DNA of 64,000 nt from positions 27,149-91,148 of the IMG/VR virus record IMGVR_UViG_3300005471_000012. The stretch is one strand, 5' to 3'. The position numbers and the translations under genes are program-made. Under the pieces are notes generated by a model. The model had not been told where the DNA came from and made no database searches. It saw only the letters and a list, made by a program, of their open reading frames with translations. This document shows positions 63,069 through 64,000 of this stretch, one piece after another (position 1 is the first letter of the stretch; every line of letters starts with the position of its first letter). Origin of the DNA: a virus.

Positions 63069-63809
63069 ATGCGCATGTCCGAGACCGAATTTGAACTGCG
63101 GCCATTCGCGGCGTCGATGTCCCGGATCACCGAACTGGTAACTTGCCTCGCCCGCGCGATCACGCAGCTGGCCCCGCGCAAGCCGCAACCGCAGCCGCTG
63201 GTCAAGAACGCTGCCCTGTATCAGCAGATCCTGGACTGGGCTGCGGGCCAGGTCCCGGGCACGGGGGCGCTCGCCGGCGTGGCATGGGACAACTCGGGCT
63301 GGTATTACCACGACATGGTTCACGGCCTGCGCACGTACTGCTGCGCGGGAGGGGCCGCGATCATCCTGTCGGGCGGCACTTTCAGTGACCCTAGGCCGGT
63401 ACCCGGCGCTGTCGTGTACCGGCGTGTGCGCACGCCAGACGGCCAGGTCGCCGATGCACCGTCCCCGGTTGCCGCCGCCCTGCTCGGGCTCACCGCAGAC
63501 GAGGCCCAGATCGTGTTCGACCCGGATAGGACGCTCGGCGACCTCAAGGCGATGCTGCCGTGCTTCACCGGCAACACGCCGATCACGAACGCGGTCACCG
63601 CAGCCGCCGTGCTGGCCGCCGAGATGGCCGACCGCGACCATGAGGTCCTTGCCTGGCATGACGAGATCCTCGCCGAGCGGGCCGAGTCGCCGGGCGTGCC
63701 CTGGGAACCAGGGGCGCTGCCCTTCGGCCTGTACCTTGACGACGGCGGCCTGCTCGGCGGCGTGCCCGTGCCCGCACCGCGGGTTAGCGCGGAAGCGGTA
63801 TCCCGGTGA
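63069..63809 (+). CDS. hypothetical protein
   Basis: AAGGA RBS; T.CC.AG...ILSG..A..LLGLT.DEA..VF motif. Confidence 0.6.
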   Translation: MRMSETEFELRPFAASMSRITELVTCLARAITQLAPRKPQPQPLVKNAALYQQILDWAAGQVPGTGALAGVAWDNSGWYYHDMVHGLRTYCCAGGAAIILSGGTFSDPRPVPGAVVYRRVRTPDGQVADAPSPVAAALLGLTADEAQIVFDPDRTLGDLKAMLPCFTGNTPITNAVTAAAVLAAEMADRDHEVLAWHDEILAERAESPGVPWEPGALPFGLYLDDGGLLGGVPVPAPRVSAEAVSR

Positions 63810-64000
63810 CCGCATCCTGGGGGCCACCGCCTGCCCCCGCGCAGGAAACCGATCCGGCCGCCGACGCGGCCGCAGCGCTGGCCCTGCTGCGCGAAACCAG
63901 GTGGATCAAGTACGCGCTGCACAGGCTGACACCGGAAAGCTACTGCCTGGTAGGCGCACTGTACAAGGTGCAGGGGCACCCGATGGTTACTCCGTGGGCG

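Overview
This window is about 64 kb of a high-GC actinobacterial tailed (siphovirus-like) phage. It is probably a temperate phage-plasmid, because it carries ParA plus a partner gene and a stand-alone serine resolvase and no integrase is visible. Layout: terS and terL (254-3302); an ~18 kb leftward array of ~35 small, mostly unknown genes (5.1-22.8 kb) separating the terminase from the portal; head, neck and tail genes (23.1-50.4 kb) interrupted by a tRNA/ClpP-like insert; membrane and lysis genes with a GH25 endolysin (50.4-55.9 kb); and a regulatory/partition region with a BldC homologue and ParA (56-64 kb). Four observations stand out. (1) TerL contains a 346-aa intein whose endonuclease is not in the intein frame: a complete HNH/Zn-finger nuclease gene lies in another reading frame, with its own apparent leaderless promoter. 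(2) The small-gene array has five of six copies of one promoter family and is punctuated by structured intergenic RNAs: two type II hammerhead ribozymes, two families of repeated hairpin leaders, a tRNA-elbow-like element and long RNase III-like stems. This suggests RNA-level processing of an early/host-takeover transcript into single-gene units. (3) The phage encodes a BldC developmental regulator homologue. (4) The head proteins are unusually multidomain (portal-ParB/Srx-MuF fusion, capsid protein with a beta-sandwich insert). All calls come from reading motifs by eye; no database searches were run.
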